Origin: an uncultured Clostridium sp.
GTDB lineage: Bacteria; Bacillota; Clostridia; Oscillospirales; Ruminococcaceae
Assembly: GCA_902490335.1 (NCBI GenBank)
Contig: CABUDL010000007.1
Span: forward strand, 5,317-69,316
Reading direction: 5' to 3'
DNA: 64,000 nucleotides
Under the pieces are notes generated by a model. It saw only the letters and a list, made by a program, of their open reading frames with translations. It did not search any database and was not told the origin of the DNA. Below are positions 39,964 through 49,531 of the stretch, piece by piece. The translations under genes were made by a program, and so were the position numbers. Each line of letters begins with the position of its first letter. Positions within the stretch are counted from its first letter, which is position 1.

Positions 39964-40605
39964 TTAGTGGGTTGCGCCGCCGGCAGCAGCGATGTCCTGT
40001 TCATTTTCGATGGCAGCTTCGATAGCCAGTTTCAGACCCTTGCTGATTTCAGCGATGGTCATGGAAGCCATGTTCGGGTGGTTCTGGATGGTTGCGTACG
40101 GAACATGGATAAAGCCGCCGCGTGTGTTCGGGAATTCATGTGCCAGCTGATACAGCAGGTGGTACATCAGGTCATTGCAGACATAGGTGCCGGCTGTGTT
40201 GGAAACAGCAGCAGGGACGCCGTTGTCCATCATCTTTTTGACCATTGCTTTGATTGGAACGGTAGCAAAGTAAGCAGCCGGTCCATCCTCGTAGATGGTT
40301 TCGCTCTGCGGAGCGTTGCCTTCGTTGTCCGGGAAGCCGCTTGGGCAGTCCTCACAGTTGATGGCAACACGCTCAACGTTCATCGAGGTGCGACCGCCTG
40401 CCTGTCCAACCAGGATGACGATATCCGGGTTTTCACGGCGAACGATTTCATGGACGGTCTTGCCGCCTTTGCGGAATACAACAGGGATTTCTTCTTTTAC
40501 GATCTGTGCGCCGCAGATTTCATCCGGCAACAGGCGAACAGCCTCAAAAGAGGGGTTCATTGCTTCTTTACCAAATGGCTGGAAACCGGTAACAACAACT
40601 TTCAT
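39964..40605 (-). CDS. pcp: Pyroglutamyl-peptidase I (copy 1)
   Basis: VTGFQPFG, GQAGGR, ERVAIN, AGTYVCN, GFIHVP. Confidence 0.96.
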   Translation of the reverse strand: MKVVVTGFQPFGKEAMNPSFEAVRLLPDEICGAQIVKEEIPVVFRKGGKTVHEIVRRENPDIVILVGQAGGRTSMNVERVAINCEDCPSGFPDNEGNAPQSETIYEDGPAAYFATVPIKAMVKKMMDNGVPAAVSNTAGTYVCNDLMYHLLYQLAHEFPNTRGGFIHVPYATIQNHPNMASMTIAEISKGLKLAIEAAIENEQDIAAAGGATH

Positions 40606-40641
40606 TTTGCATTCTCCTTTTCTGTTTGAATGATGATAGGT

Positions 40642-41613
40642 TTAAACGACAGGAATGCCGTTTTCCATGATAAGCGTTTGGTCTGCGTAGATGGTAGGGC
40701 GGTGGAACACCAGGTCAAAATGACCGGCTGCATCCTGAACGCCGCCCAGAGCCAGATTGCGTCCCATCCCGATGTGGAAGGTGGAAAAGGTGGATTCATC
40801 CTCGATATAGCAGTTACCCAGACATTGGGACAGGGTGTTTAGTCCAATCCCAAATTCACCTGCCACATAGATTCTGGGGTCGTTGAAGCTGTCCATATAA
40901 CGTTTGAGGTATCTGCCGGAGCGGTTTTCTCCTATTTCAGTCAGCCGTCCCTGCGAGAAGGTTAAATGGATGGGCGATGACGGAATGCCGAGATACCCCA
41001 TCGAACCGTCCACGACTGCTTTGCCCTCGGTGCAGCTTTCCTCGATGCCGATGAAGATTTCAAAGCTGGAGGAGCCTACCTTTCCGGGGCGGTCCGCCAG
41101 ACCATTGAACAGACCGGGATTTCGTCCCTTTTTGCCAAAATGCAGGTCGGTCCCAAGTTCGGTGGTGACGTGGATGGTCTGCGCCTTGTGTAAAGCGTCA
41201 ATCATCCCACGAGCCAGCTCCTCTGCCTGATGCGGGTCCATCTGCAAAAAATCGAAGGACAGCATCGAATGGTTGTTGTTGGTGGCAAGAGGAAGAGAAA
41301 GAAAGCGTCGTCCGTTTTGCAGCAGCTCGCGGACGGCATTGGTGGTGATCAGCGAAAAATTGGTTGCACCGATGATCAAATCGTGATGCAGGAAAAAGCC
41401 CAGCAGGGAATCGAACATCAGTCCGGGCTGCGTGCAATCCTCGGGAATGGTGATCATGGCAGGAGTTGCCTGTGCATCCTGTGTAGCTTTCCACAACGCG
41501 ATGCTTTCTTTGACATGGGTGTCGTCGGAGATGATGAGAACATTTTCACCCGGCTTCACCCGGCACCACTGATTGATAACGATTTTGGCGCCTTTATTCA
41601 TCGGCATGGGCAT
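40642..41613 (-). CDS. M29-like (AmpS/PepS-related) aminopeptidase family protein
   Basis: VKPGENVLII.D, TELGTDL, GEFGIGLN, EDE, HIGMG.N, HFDLV. Confidence 0.8.
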   Translation of the reverse strand: MPMPMNKGAKIVINQWCRVKPGENVLIISDDTHVKESIALWKATQDAQATPAMITIPEDCTQPGLMFDSLLGFFLHHDLIIGATNFSLITTNAVRELLQNGRRFLSLPLATNNNHSMLSFDFLQMDPHQAEELARGMIDALHKAQTIHVTTELGTDLHFGKKGRNPGLFNGLADRPGKVGSSSFEIFIGIEESCTEGKAVVDGSMGYLGIPSSPIHLTFSQGRLTEIGENRSGRYLKRYMDSFNDPRIYVAGEFGIGLNTLSQCLGNCYIEDESTFSTFHIGMGRNLALGGVQDAAGHFDLVFHRPTIYADQTLIMENGIPVV

Positions 41614-41702
41614 ATTTTGTTGTCTCCTTTATAACATTTCTGAAAGGGTCTGCTGCGGCAAAGATGACACAGCGGACCCTTTCGAAATGACGTGATTTCG
41701 TT

Positions 41703-42659
41703 TTATGCGTTGACCATCATGCACATATAGATGATCTGGAATACCAGCATCAGCAGAGATGGAACAAGCTGCATCTTGATGATGGAGTATTTATCCTTTA
41801 CCTCGAGGTAAACACCGGGAACGATGTTGAAGTTAGCAGCCATTGGGGTCAGCAGGGTACCGCAGTAGCCGCAGGTCATTGCCAATGTGACCATATACAG
41901 CGGGTTTGCGCCCAGGCTGATAACAAACGGAACACCGATACCAACGGTCATAACGGTGATAGCAGCAAACGCGTTGCCCATGATGATGGTGAACAGTACC
42001 ATGCCCAGAGCGTAAGCAACGATACCGATATAGACGTTGCCGGATGGGATGATTTTACCAAAGATATTGGCAAACGCGTCGCCGACGCCGGCTTTGGTGA
42101 AGATAGCGCCCAGACAGGACAGCAGCAGCGGCATGATGTAGATAGCGCTGGTCATGTCGAGGAATCGGCGACCCTCTTCCAGGAAGGTCATAGCTTTGTT
42201 CTCGCGGTTCCAGATGACCAGCAGGATGACGCCGAGGATGGTAGCGAACAGGGAACCGAGCAGAGAGCTCCAGCCCTTCATAAAGAAGGAAATGATGATG
42301 GAGAATACACCTGCGCCAAACGCAGGAATAAAAATCTTCATACCAATCTTCTTGTAGTTTTTCACCTGTTCTTCTTTGCTGGCGGACTTTAAGTTGCCCG
42401 ATTTTACCATGTTCAGTGCTGCCGGGATACAGGTGATGGCAACAATGATGCCGCTGGCAAGCGGAGGAAGCCACTGACCGAATGCAACGACGATACCCAG
42501 AGTGAACCAGAAAGCTCCGGTTGGCAAAAAGTGTTTGTTGGCTTTTACAATCCATGCCCTTACACCGCAATACATGCAGAAAAGACCGGACAGGATGTAC
42601 ATAACTTGTACGAGTTTGTCAGAGATGGAATACTCTGGGCTCATAAAATAAGATAACAT
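41703..42659 (-). CDS. DUF979 membrane protein (putative 5-oxoproline transporter subunit), copy 1
   Basis: GMVLFTIIMGNAFAAITVMTVGIG, GYCGTLLTPMAANFNIVP. Confidence 0.92.
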   Translation of the reverse strand: MLSYFMSPEYSISDKLVQVMYILSGLFCMYCGVRAWIVKANKHFLPTGAFWFTLGIVVAFGQWLPPLASGIIVAITCIPAALNMVKSGNLKSASKEEQVKNYKKIGMKIFIPAFGAGVFSIIISFFMKGWSSLLGSLFATILGVILLVIWNRENKAMTFLEEGRRFLDMTSAIYIMPLLLSCLGAIFTKAGVGDAFANIFGKIIPSGNVYIGIVAYALGMVLFTIIMGNAFAAITVMTVGIGVPFVISLGANPLYMVTLAMTCGYCGTLLTPMAANFNIVPGVYLEVKDKYSIIKMQLVPSLLMLVFQIIYMCMMVNA

Positions 42660-42681
42660 CTTGGTTTACTCCCCTTTCTGC

Positions 42682-43386
42682 TTAGTTAGCGGCTGGTTTT
42701 TTGTCGCTTTTGTAGATGTCAGGATAGTACTTCTTGATCATCTTCTTGTCTACCAGATAGCTCTGAGATGCGCTGACAACCATTGCAAACAAAGCAACAG
42801 GAACCTGAACCATAACAATCTGCATAACGTCGACATCGTAGCCAATATTTGCCAAGGTGGACTGAATCAGCAGGACAGAGGAGTTGGCTGCGAACAGACA
42901 CTGACCGAAGAAATTTGCCAAGTTGGAACCTTTACCGTACAAAGCCTTGATGGTTTCTTCGTGCTCTGGAGCAACCTCATAACCTTTGGAAGTGATGGTT
43001 CCCAAGGTCATTGGCATCAGGATTGGACGGACAAAGGAAGTGATTCCGGTAATCGGAATCTTAAAGATAATGCAGATTTCGTCCACAATGTTCCAGATAG
43101 CAATCAGTACACCGGAGGTTAATCCCTTTGCGCGACGGATCAGGTCAGCAGCAGCTTCCTTCAGACCGTTTCTCTCCAGTGTGCCGGTCAGAATCATCAG
43201 AATGATGGTGATCAGTTGATTTCGGTTTGCGACAAAGGTGGTTCCGACGGTTTCCAGCAGGTCGATGACGTTTATTCCGCCAAAGATTGCAGTAACGATA
43301 GCCGAAACGACGATGATGGCAATAGGCTCCAGCTTAACAGCAAAACCTATAATGACCACCAGTACGCCAAGCAAGCACCAATACAT
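42682..43386 (-). CDS. DUF969 membrane protein (putative 5-oxoproline transporter subunit), copy 1
   Basis: LERNGLKE, FVRPILMPM, NFFGQ. Confidence 0.9.
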   Translation of the reverse strand: MYWCLLGVLVVIIGFAVKLEPIAIIVVSAIVTAIFGGINVIDLLETVGTTFVANRNQLITIILMILTGTLERNGLKEAAADLIRRAKGLTSGVLIAIWNIVDEICIIFKIPITGITSFVRPILMPMTLGTITSKGYEVAPEHEETIKALYGKGSNLANFFGQCLFAANSSVLLIQSTLANIGYDVDVMQIVMVQVPVALFAMVVSASQSYLVDKKMIKKYYPDIYKSDKKPAAN

Positions 43387-43781
43387 AAAAACACCCCTTT
43401 TAATAGATTGAAAGAAAGGATTTTCGTCATAAAGTTGGCAATCTTTATGACTTTTGCTAACATTATTACGATAAAGCGCTAAAGACAAGCTATTTTAAAC
43501 AAAATATGAATATTCTATAAATTGAATAAAAAATCAAAAGTTTGTTTTTATTATTCATAGAAATCTGTAGGCATTTTAAATAAATCAAACGTTAAAATAT
43601 AGTCAAAGCGAATAAAAGCCGCCTGATGTCGATTATCGGTCAGTTTACTGTCAGCAAAAATAAGGTCAAAATATCATCTGTTAATAAAACAAATCAAATC
43701 CATCATGCCCATAAAATTAAGAATAATACAGTTTGCAAAATAAAAACAGCTCTTTCCATTGGAAAGAGCTGTTTGGATTCA

Positions 43782-44423
43782 TTAGTGGGTTGCACCGCCG
43801 GCAGCAGCGATGTCCTGTTCGTTTTCGATGGCAGCTTCTACGGAAAGCAGCAGACCGCGGCTGATTTCCTCGAGGGTCATCGAAGCCATGTTCGGATGGT
43901 TCTGAATGGTTGCATACGGAACATGGATGAAGCCACCGCGTGTGTTCGGGAACTCATGTGCCAGCTGATACAGCAGATGATACATCAGGTCGTTGCAGAC
44001 GTAGGTGCCGGCTGTGTTGGAAACGGAAGCAGGAACACCGTTGTCCATCATCTTTTTGACCATCGCTTTGATTGGAATGGTAGCAAAGTAAGCGTCAGGA
44101 CCGTCGGCATAGATTTTTTCATCCTGCGGAGCGTTGCCTTCGTTGTCCGGGAAACCGCTCGGGCAGTCCTCACAGTTGATGGCAACACGCTCAACGGTCA
44201 TTGCAGCGCGTCCGCCTGCCTGTCCGACCAGGATGACGATGTCAGGATTCTCGCGGCGAACTGCCTCGTGGACTGCCTGACCGCCTTTGCGGAAAACAAC
44301 AGGGATTTCTTCTTTGACAATCTGTGCACCGGCAATTTCATCCGGCAGCATTCTGACTGCTTCAAAGGATGGATTCATGGTTTCTTTGCCGAAAGGCTGG
44401 AAACCGGTAACCAAGACTTTCAT
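43782..44423 (-). CDS. pcp: Pyroglutamyl-peptidase I (copy 2)
   Basis: Same motifs as copy 1; 22 of 213 residues differ by manual count. Confidence 0.96.
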   Translation of the reverse strand: MKVLVTGFQPFGKETMNPSFEAVRMLPDEIAGAQIVKEEIPVVFRKGGQAVHEAVRRENPDIVILVGQAGGRAAMTVERVAINCEDCPSGFPDNEGNAPQDEKIYADGPDAYFATIPIKAMVKKMMDNGVPASVSNTAGTYVCNDLMYHLLYQLAHEFPNTRGGFIHVPYATIQNHPNMASMTLEEISRGLLLSVEAAIENEQDIAAAGGATH

Positions 44424-44763
44424 GTTGCATTCTCCTTTTGATAAACTTACCAGCTGCCGACAGCAGTCTTGCTGCCGGTACAGGAAGAGAGATACATCCG
44501 CTGCCTTCTGTCCGCAAAAGCTGCAACAAGGTCTGTCAGCAGAGGAAACCGAAAGAAAGGAGGAACAGTCTTTCCGGCGCTTTCCATCATCGACAGGCAA
44601 GGTTGTTTCTTTTTGGTTCCGGTCGGAACAGCCAGCAGCCTTATCGGCAAAAAGGATAAAGAGAGAAGAACCTTTTGCAGAAAAGCAGATGTCCGACAGA
44701 AGGAACAGCGGTTGGTGACGAGTGGAAGCTGCACGATAACGGTTTGTGCAGCAGGGGAAAAGG

Positions 44764-45717
44764 TTATTTTGCTACGATGCACATATAGGAAACCTGGAAG
44801 ATGAACATCAGGATAGCAGGAATGACCTGCATTTTGATGATGGAGTATTTGTTTTCGGTTTCCAGATAGATACCGGGGACGATGTTGAAGTTAGCAGCCA
44901 TTGGAGTTACCAGGGTGCCGCAGTAACCGGTGGTCAATGCCAGAGTAATCATGTACAGCGGGTCTGCACCCAGGTTCATAACGAACGGAACACCGACACC
45001 GACGGTCATAACGGTGATAGCAGCGAAGGCGTTGCCCATGATGATGGTGAACAGCACCATACCGATGGTGTATGCCAGGATGCCGACATAGATGTTGCCT
45101 TCCGGGATAATCTTGCTGAATACGCTTGCAAAGACCTCACCGACACCGGCGCGGGTAAAGACAGCGCCCAGACAGGACAGCAGCAGAGGCATGATAAAGA
45201 TGGCGCTTGCCATACCCAAGAAGCGGCGACCCTCTTCCATAAAGGTCATAATCTTGTTTTCTTTATTCCAAATCAGCAGCAGGGTGATACCAAAGATGGT
45301 AGCAAGCAGCGAGCCAATCAGAGAGTTCCAGCCTTTGAGGAAGATTGCAATGCCCAAAGCGAACACAGCGGAGGAAAGGGCTGGGATAAAGATTTTCATA
45401 CCAATCTTATTGAAGTTGGCGCGCTGTTCCTCCTGCGACGGAGTTTGCAGGGTGTTGCGCTTTACGCGGTTGAGGGCGGCAGGGATACAAATCAGGCAGA
45501 CCAGGACGCCGACCTGGAAATCGGTCAGCCACATACCAAAGGCTACAATGATGCCCAGGGTGAACCAGAAAAATCCGGTGGCAAAGGGGTTTTCGCTGTC
45601 CTTTTTGGTCCAGCTGCGGATGCCGGAATACATACAAAAGAATCCAGAGAGCAGGTACAGCACCTGCACCAATTTATCGGAGACGGTAAATTCGGGACTT
45701 AAAAAATAGGATAACAT
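44764..45717 (-). CDS. DUF979 membrane protein, copy 2
   Basis: GMVLFTIIMGNAFAAITVMTVG, TPMAANFNIVP. Confidence 0.92.
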   Translation of the reverse strand: MLSYFLSPEFTVSDKLVQVLYLLSGFFCMYSGIRSWTKKDSENPFATGFFWFTLGIIVAFGMWLTDFQVGVLVCLICIPAALNRVKRNTLQTPSQEEQRANFNKIGMKIFIPALSSAVFALGIAIFLKGWNSLIGSLLATIFGITLLLIWNKENKIMTFMEEGRRFLGMASAIFIMPLLLSCLGAVFTRAGVGEVFASVFSKIIPEGNIYVGILAYTIGMVLFTIIMGNAFAAITVMTVGVGVPFVMNLGADPLYMITLALTTGYCGTLVTPMAANFNIVPGIYLETENKYSIIKMQVIPAILMFIFQVSYMCIVAK

Positions 45718-45729
45718 CACTTTTCCTCC

Positions 45730-46419
45730 TTATTTGGCTGATGGAGCAGCAGGCTTGCTGGAATAGCGCTTCATCATCATGTTGTTGACAATGTATGCCT
45801 GTCCTGCGTTGACAAAGATAGCAAAGACAGCGACCGGCAGCTGTACCAGGATGATCTGCATAACGTCGACGGTGACACCGACACTGGCGATAATCGACTG
45901 AATCAGCAGGACGGCAGCAGCGGTTGGGAACATACACTGACCAAAGAAGTTGGCAAGGTTCTGGTTGGCGCCGTACAAAGCCTTGATGGTTTCAACGTGC
46001 TCAGGGGTAGGTTCATAGCCTTTTGCCTCGATGGCACCGATGGTCATAGGCATCAAAATTGGACGAACATAGGAGTTGATGCCGCCGATTGGAATCTTGA
46101 AGATGATGAACAGATGGCTGAGTACACACCATACGGAAATCAACATACTGGAGGTAAGACCCTTGACATTTTTAATCAATTCGGCACCGGCGATTCGCAG
46201 ACCGTTGCGCTCCAAGCTGCCGGTGAGCACCATGGCAATCAAAGCGACCAGCTGTGTACGGTTTGCCGTAAAGGATTTACCAATGATGTTTAAGAATTCT
46301 TCCACAGGGATTTGTCCGCAGACCGCAGTGACGATTGCGGAGATGGAAATGATGGTGATAGGCTGCATTTTCATGGCAAAGCCGATGACAACAACTACTA
46401 CGCCAAGTAGACTTAACAT
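45730..46419 (-). CDS. DUF969 membrane protein, copy 2
   Basis: LERNGLR, YVRPILMPM, NFFGQ. Confidence 0.9.
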   Translation of the reverse strand: MLSLLGVVVVVIGFAMKMQPITIISISAIVTAVCGQIPVEEFLNIIGKSFTANRTQLVALIAMVLTGSLERNGLRIAGAELIKNVKGLTSSMLISVWCVLSHLFIIFKIPIGGINSYVRPILMPMTIGAIEAKGYEPTPEHVETIKALYGANQNLANFFGQCMFPTAAAVLLIQSIIASVGVTVDVMQIILVQLPVAVFAIFVNAGQAYIVNNMMMKRYSSKPAAPSAK

Positions 46420-46889
46420 AATGACACCTCTTCTTAAAATAAAGTAATTACCGTATATAATTACAGGATTTGCCGGCGTTCCTGCAATTTATGACAATAT
46501 TATAGCTTGAGGTGGAGAAAAATTCAATAATTTACATAACCAAAAAGGAACATTCTATGAAATAAACAAAGAAAAGAAGGGCATTTTTTACTATACAGAA
46601 AATTTGCTATCAAAAACAATAAGAAGACAGAAGAAAAATAAGGCAGAAGTACTAAAATATTTTCAGAAAAAATAGGAAAAAATATTGTATGACAATAAAA
46701 TAACGGGGATTTTGCAGAAATTATTTCTTTTATACTATAATTTCTTTCAATCGTATCATTCAAATAAATTGAACAAGGCGATTGTAAAAGAAAGGAAAGC
46801 AGGTGCAGTTTACAATTAAGACATACTTGATAAAGCAGATATATAAAAAAGCAGCCCCCTGTTTTTCAGGAGGCTGCTGCGGGTTTTGT

Positions 46890-47834
46890 TTAGTCGTGCA
46901 GCTGCATCGGAAGGTCGAGCAGCTCGTTCCAGGATTGGCGAATCGGCTCGGAGAGCGCGTGACCGATCTTGGAAATGAAAATCAGACGGGAAGAGGAATG
47001 AGGCATACAGCGGGAGAAGCTGATTCGGCTGCCGACTACATCGACCTGATTCCAGCCATCCTCGAATAGGCAAAAGCCTTTGATGCGGTAGGTCTCGGGG
47101 ACAAACTGTTTGATGAAGGCAATCACCTTTTCCCGTGGAAGGCGGTGGATGCAGTTGAGCACAATCGAGTCGGGGCGCAGCTCGGCAGGCAGGTCCTGCT
47201 CGCCTTCGTCGGTGGAGTGGGAGAGCAGGTCGTTTTCCAACAGTTCCAGGCTGAATCCGCCGTAGGAGCAGCTGGAGATGTCGCAGTCGGGATTGATGCG
47301 GTGGATTTGGGCTTTGATGGCGGTGAGCAGCTCGGGGGAGACCAGGTCCGCCTTATTGATGACCGCCAGATGACAGTGGCACAGCTGCAGGCGAATCATC
47401 TCTACATCCTGAATCTGTTCCATGAAGTTGTCCGCATCGACCAGACAGATGATGCCCTGCATCTCATAGTGCTCGGTGAGCAGGGTGCTGTTTGGGGTGG
47501 TGCGCTCCTGCTCCAGAATGTGCTTGATGTGGATGGGGTCGGACAGACCGGCAACTTCGATGAACACCATCTCCGGCTGGCACTGGTGCATAAAGTGGAG
47601 TGCGCGTACGATGGCGTCTTCGCTGCAGCTGCATGTCAGAGAGCCGTTTTCCAGGTGTTCGATCGAGATGTCCTCCTCGCTCATCAGGTCGTGGCTTTTG
47701 AAGATGCTTGGCTCGGTAAAGATTACGCCAATCTTTTTGTTTGGGTTCTGTTTGAGGATGCTCAGCAGAGCGGTGGTTTTTCCGGAGCCGACAAAGCCGG
47801 TCAAACAGTACAAAGGAATCAGTCTTTCACTCAT
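46890..47834 (-). CDS. CobW/COG0523-like G3E GTPase (divergent)
   Basis: LTGFVGSGKTT, NKADL, YRIKGF, CobW_C-like tail. Confidence 0.85.
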   Translation of the reverse strand: MSERLIPLYCLTGFVGSGKTTALLSILKQNPNKKIGVIFTEPSIFKSHDLMSEEDISIEHLENGSLTCSCSEDAIVRALHFMHQCQPEMVFIEVAGLSDPIHIKHILEQERTTPNSTLLTEHYEMQGIICLVDADNFMEQIQDVEMIRLQLCHCHLAVINKADLVSPELLTAIKAQIHRINPDCDISSCSYGGFSLELLENDLLSHSTDEGEQDLPAELRPDSIVLNCIHRLPREKVIAFIKQFVPETYRIKGFCLFEDGWNQVDVVGSRISFSRCMPHSSSRLIFISKIGHALSEPIRQSWNELLDLPMQLHD

Positions 47835-48083
47835 CAGGTAGGACCTCCGATCTTTTATGGGAATCCCCCCCTTTCGGCGGTACGCTTACGGGAAGGTGTT
47901 TTAGTCTACAAAATCAGTTTACTGTTCTTTCTGTCGATTGTCAATGCAAAATAGCAGAATGTAAGAAATTTAAAAATTTCGCCGATTCCCTGCAAAAACC
48001 AATAAGGGCAGCGGGGGATTTGCAAAGAGGAAAAAATCCGATACAATAAGGAAAATAAAGACCGCTAAAGGATGGGTGGAAAA

Positions 48084-48224
48084 ATGGAATGGCTAAAGCA
48101 GGGAATGAAAGTGAGAGGATATAGAATACTGTCTCCCATCACAAAGGGGTGGTCATCAGACCAAAAGTTTGTGATGAGCGACCGGGAGATCCCGCTTTGG
48201 TATGAGTGCTACAAAAACAGGTAG
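48084..48224 (+). pseudogene. Probable internally deleted APH/phosphotransferase-family remnant
   Basis: 46-codon ORF with PITKGWSSDQKF followed closely by IPLWY. Confidence 0.5.
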
Positions 48225-48592
48225 AGCAGCGCCAGCATCAGGGTGTTGTCGGTGCAATGGTCGCTGTACAACAGCCAGAGCAGACCGAGAATCAGCAGCT
48301 GGTCCTTTTCAATCGAAAAGGAAGGAAGAAGCGGGAGGCTGTCCGCCTGTGCAGCGGCTGGCTGTGTTTGCGGCTGCGGGTGATAGCTGCTGGTGGGATG
48401 CGGTTCGGCGGGAGGAGGCTGCTGCGAAGGAGCGGGCGGCTCGCTCGGAGACTCAACAAAGAAGGAGGGCGGGCGCGACGGGCGCTTGAGGACCTGCTGG
48501 GAGCGCTGCTGCATCTGCCGCACCCGCTCGAGTGCCTCCTGCTGCATCTGCTGCATCTGTTGTGGAGAATATTCCCGCTGCTGCCACTTCAT
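48209..48592 (-). CDS. Hypothetical Pro/Gln-rich protein (possibly spore-associated)
   Basis: GGAGG RBS, ATGA coupling, EALERVRQMQQR and DQLLILGLLWLL..LMLALLYL. Confidence 0.75.
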   Translation of the reverse strand: MKWQQREYSPQQMQQMQQEALERVRQMQQRSQQVLKRPSRPPSFFVESPSEPPAPSQQPPPAEPHPTSSYHPQPQTQPAAAQADSLPLLPSFSIEKDQLLILGLLWLLYSDHCTDNTLMLALLYLFL

Positions 48593-49011
48593 TGGTTGTC
48601 ACCTCCTAAGGAAAACAGTCCGCTTTCCTTTAAGGTGGGAAGCAGCTGGACCAGCTGCATGATGCGCACCGCATCGTCCACCTTTTTGGCGCGCTTTTCG
48701 GAGAGCAGCGGGCGCAGCGCACGCAGCAGTTCCACGCCGGGACCGGGCTGGGAAAGGCTCTGCATAGCGTTTTGCAGCTTGAGAAGCAGGGAAGGGTCGA
48801 AGGCAGGTTGGGTTTCCTTGGGCGCAGCGCCGAGTAAAGCGGACAGGTCGGGCAGACCGCCGGCGGGTGCGGACTCATTGGAAGAGGATTGTGCAGGCGC
48901 ACCCAACCCCAGCGAAGCTGCTATCTGCCCGAGCTGCTGCATCCGCTGCGGGTCGGCAAGAATCTGGGAGATCATCGAACCAAAATCAGGGGTGTTTTCC
49001 GCTTGTGACAA
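48589..49011 (-). CDS. Hypothetical protein (possibly spore-associated)
   Basis: AGGAGG RBS; ILADPQRMQQL, LLRALRPLLSEKRAKKVDDA. Confidence 0.78.
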   Translation of the reverse strand: MSQAENTPDFGSMISQILADPQRMQQLGQIAASLGLGAPAQSSSNESAPAGGLPDLSALLGAAPKETQPAFDPSLLLKLQNAMQSLSQPGPGVELLRALRPLLSEKRAKKVDDAVRIMQLVQLLPTLKESGLFSLGGDNQ

Positions 49012-49050
49012 AGCACTTCCCCTCCTTTCTAAATAATGTACGGCGACAGG

Positions 49051-49296
49051 CTATTGCATCTTCTGCAAAAGGGCGGACAGGTCGGTTCTGGAAAGCACCT
49101 GCCGGAGCTTTTGCGGGTCGGCAAGCAGAGCATTAAGCTGGGCGGCACTTTGCGAATCCATCTTTGCCTGAAGAGAGCTGAAATTTCCCTGCTCAAGCTG
49201 ACAGCGCAGCACCTGCGGGTCGATGTGAAGCTGTTGTCCTGCCAATTTTAAAAGAAGGTCCAGCTGGGCGGGAGAGGGTTGTTTAAAAGAAGACAT
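49051..49296 (-). CDS. Hypothetical protein
   Basis: GGAGG RBS; LLADPQKLRQVL motif shared with the downstream gene. Confidence 0.7.
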   Translation of the reverse strand: MSSFKQPSPAQLDLLLKLAGQQLHIDPQVLRCQLEQGNFSSLQAKMDSQSAAQLNALLADPQKLRQVLSRTDLSALLQKMQ

Positions 49297-49531
49297 GGTG
49301 GTTTCCTCCTGTTTGACTGCCGATAGGGCTTGTGTTTAAAAGATGATTTGCGGTTCATTCTTTACTATATGAAAAGGAAAGGGGAAAGTTTCCTTTGAAA
49401 GCCGCTCAAAAGGGAAAAAAGAAATGGACAGGAAATGAATTTTGTTAAAATGCAGATAAAAAAGAAAAAAGGCAGTTGCAAAAAAAGAGCGATTGTATGA
49501 TAATAGAATTGTCAGAAAAGGGGGGTTAGAG

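Noticed and set aside
46658..46672. CodY-like box upstream of DUF969 copy 2
   Set aside because: Three mismatches in a very AT-rich region; expected by chance
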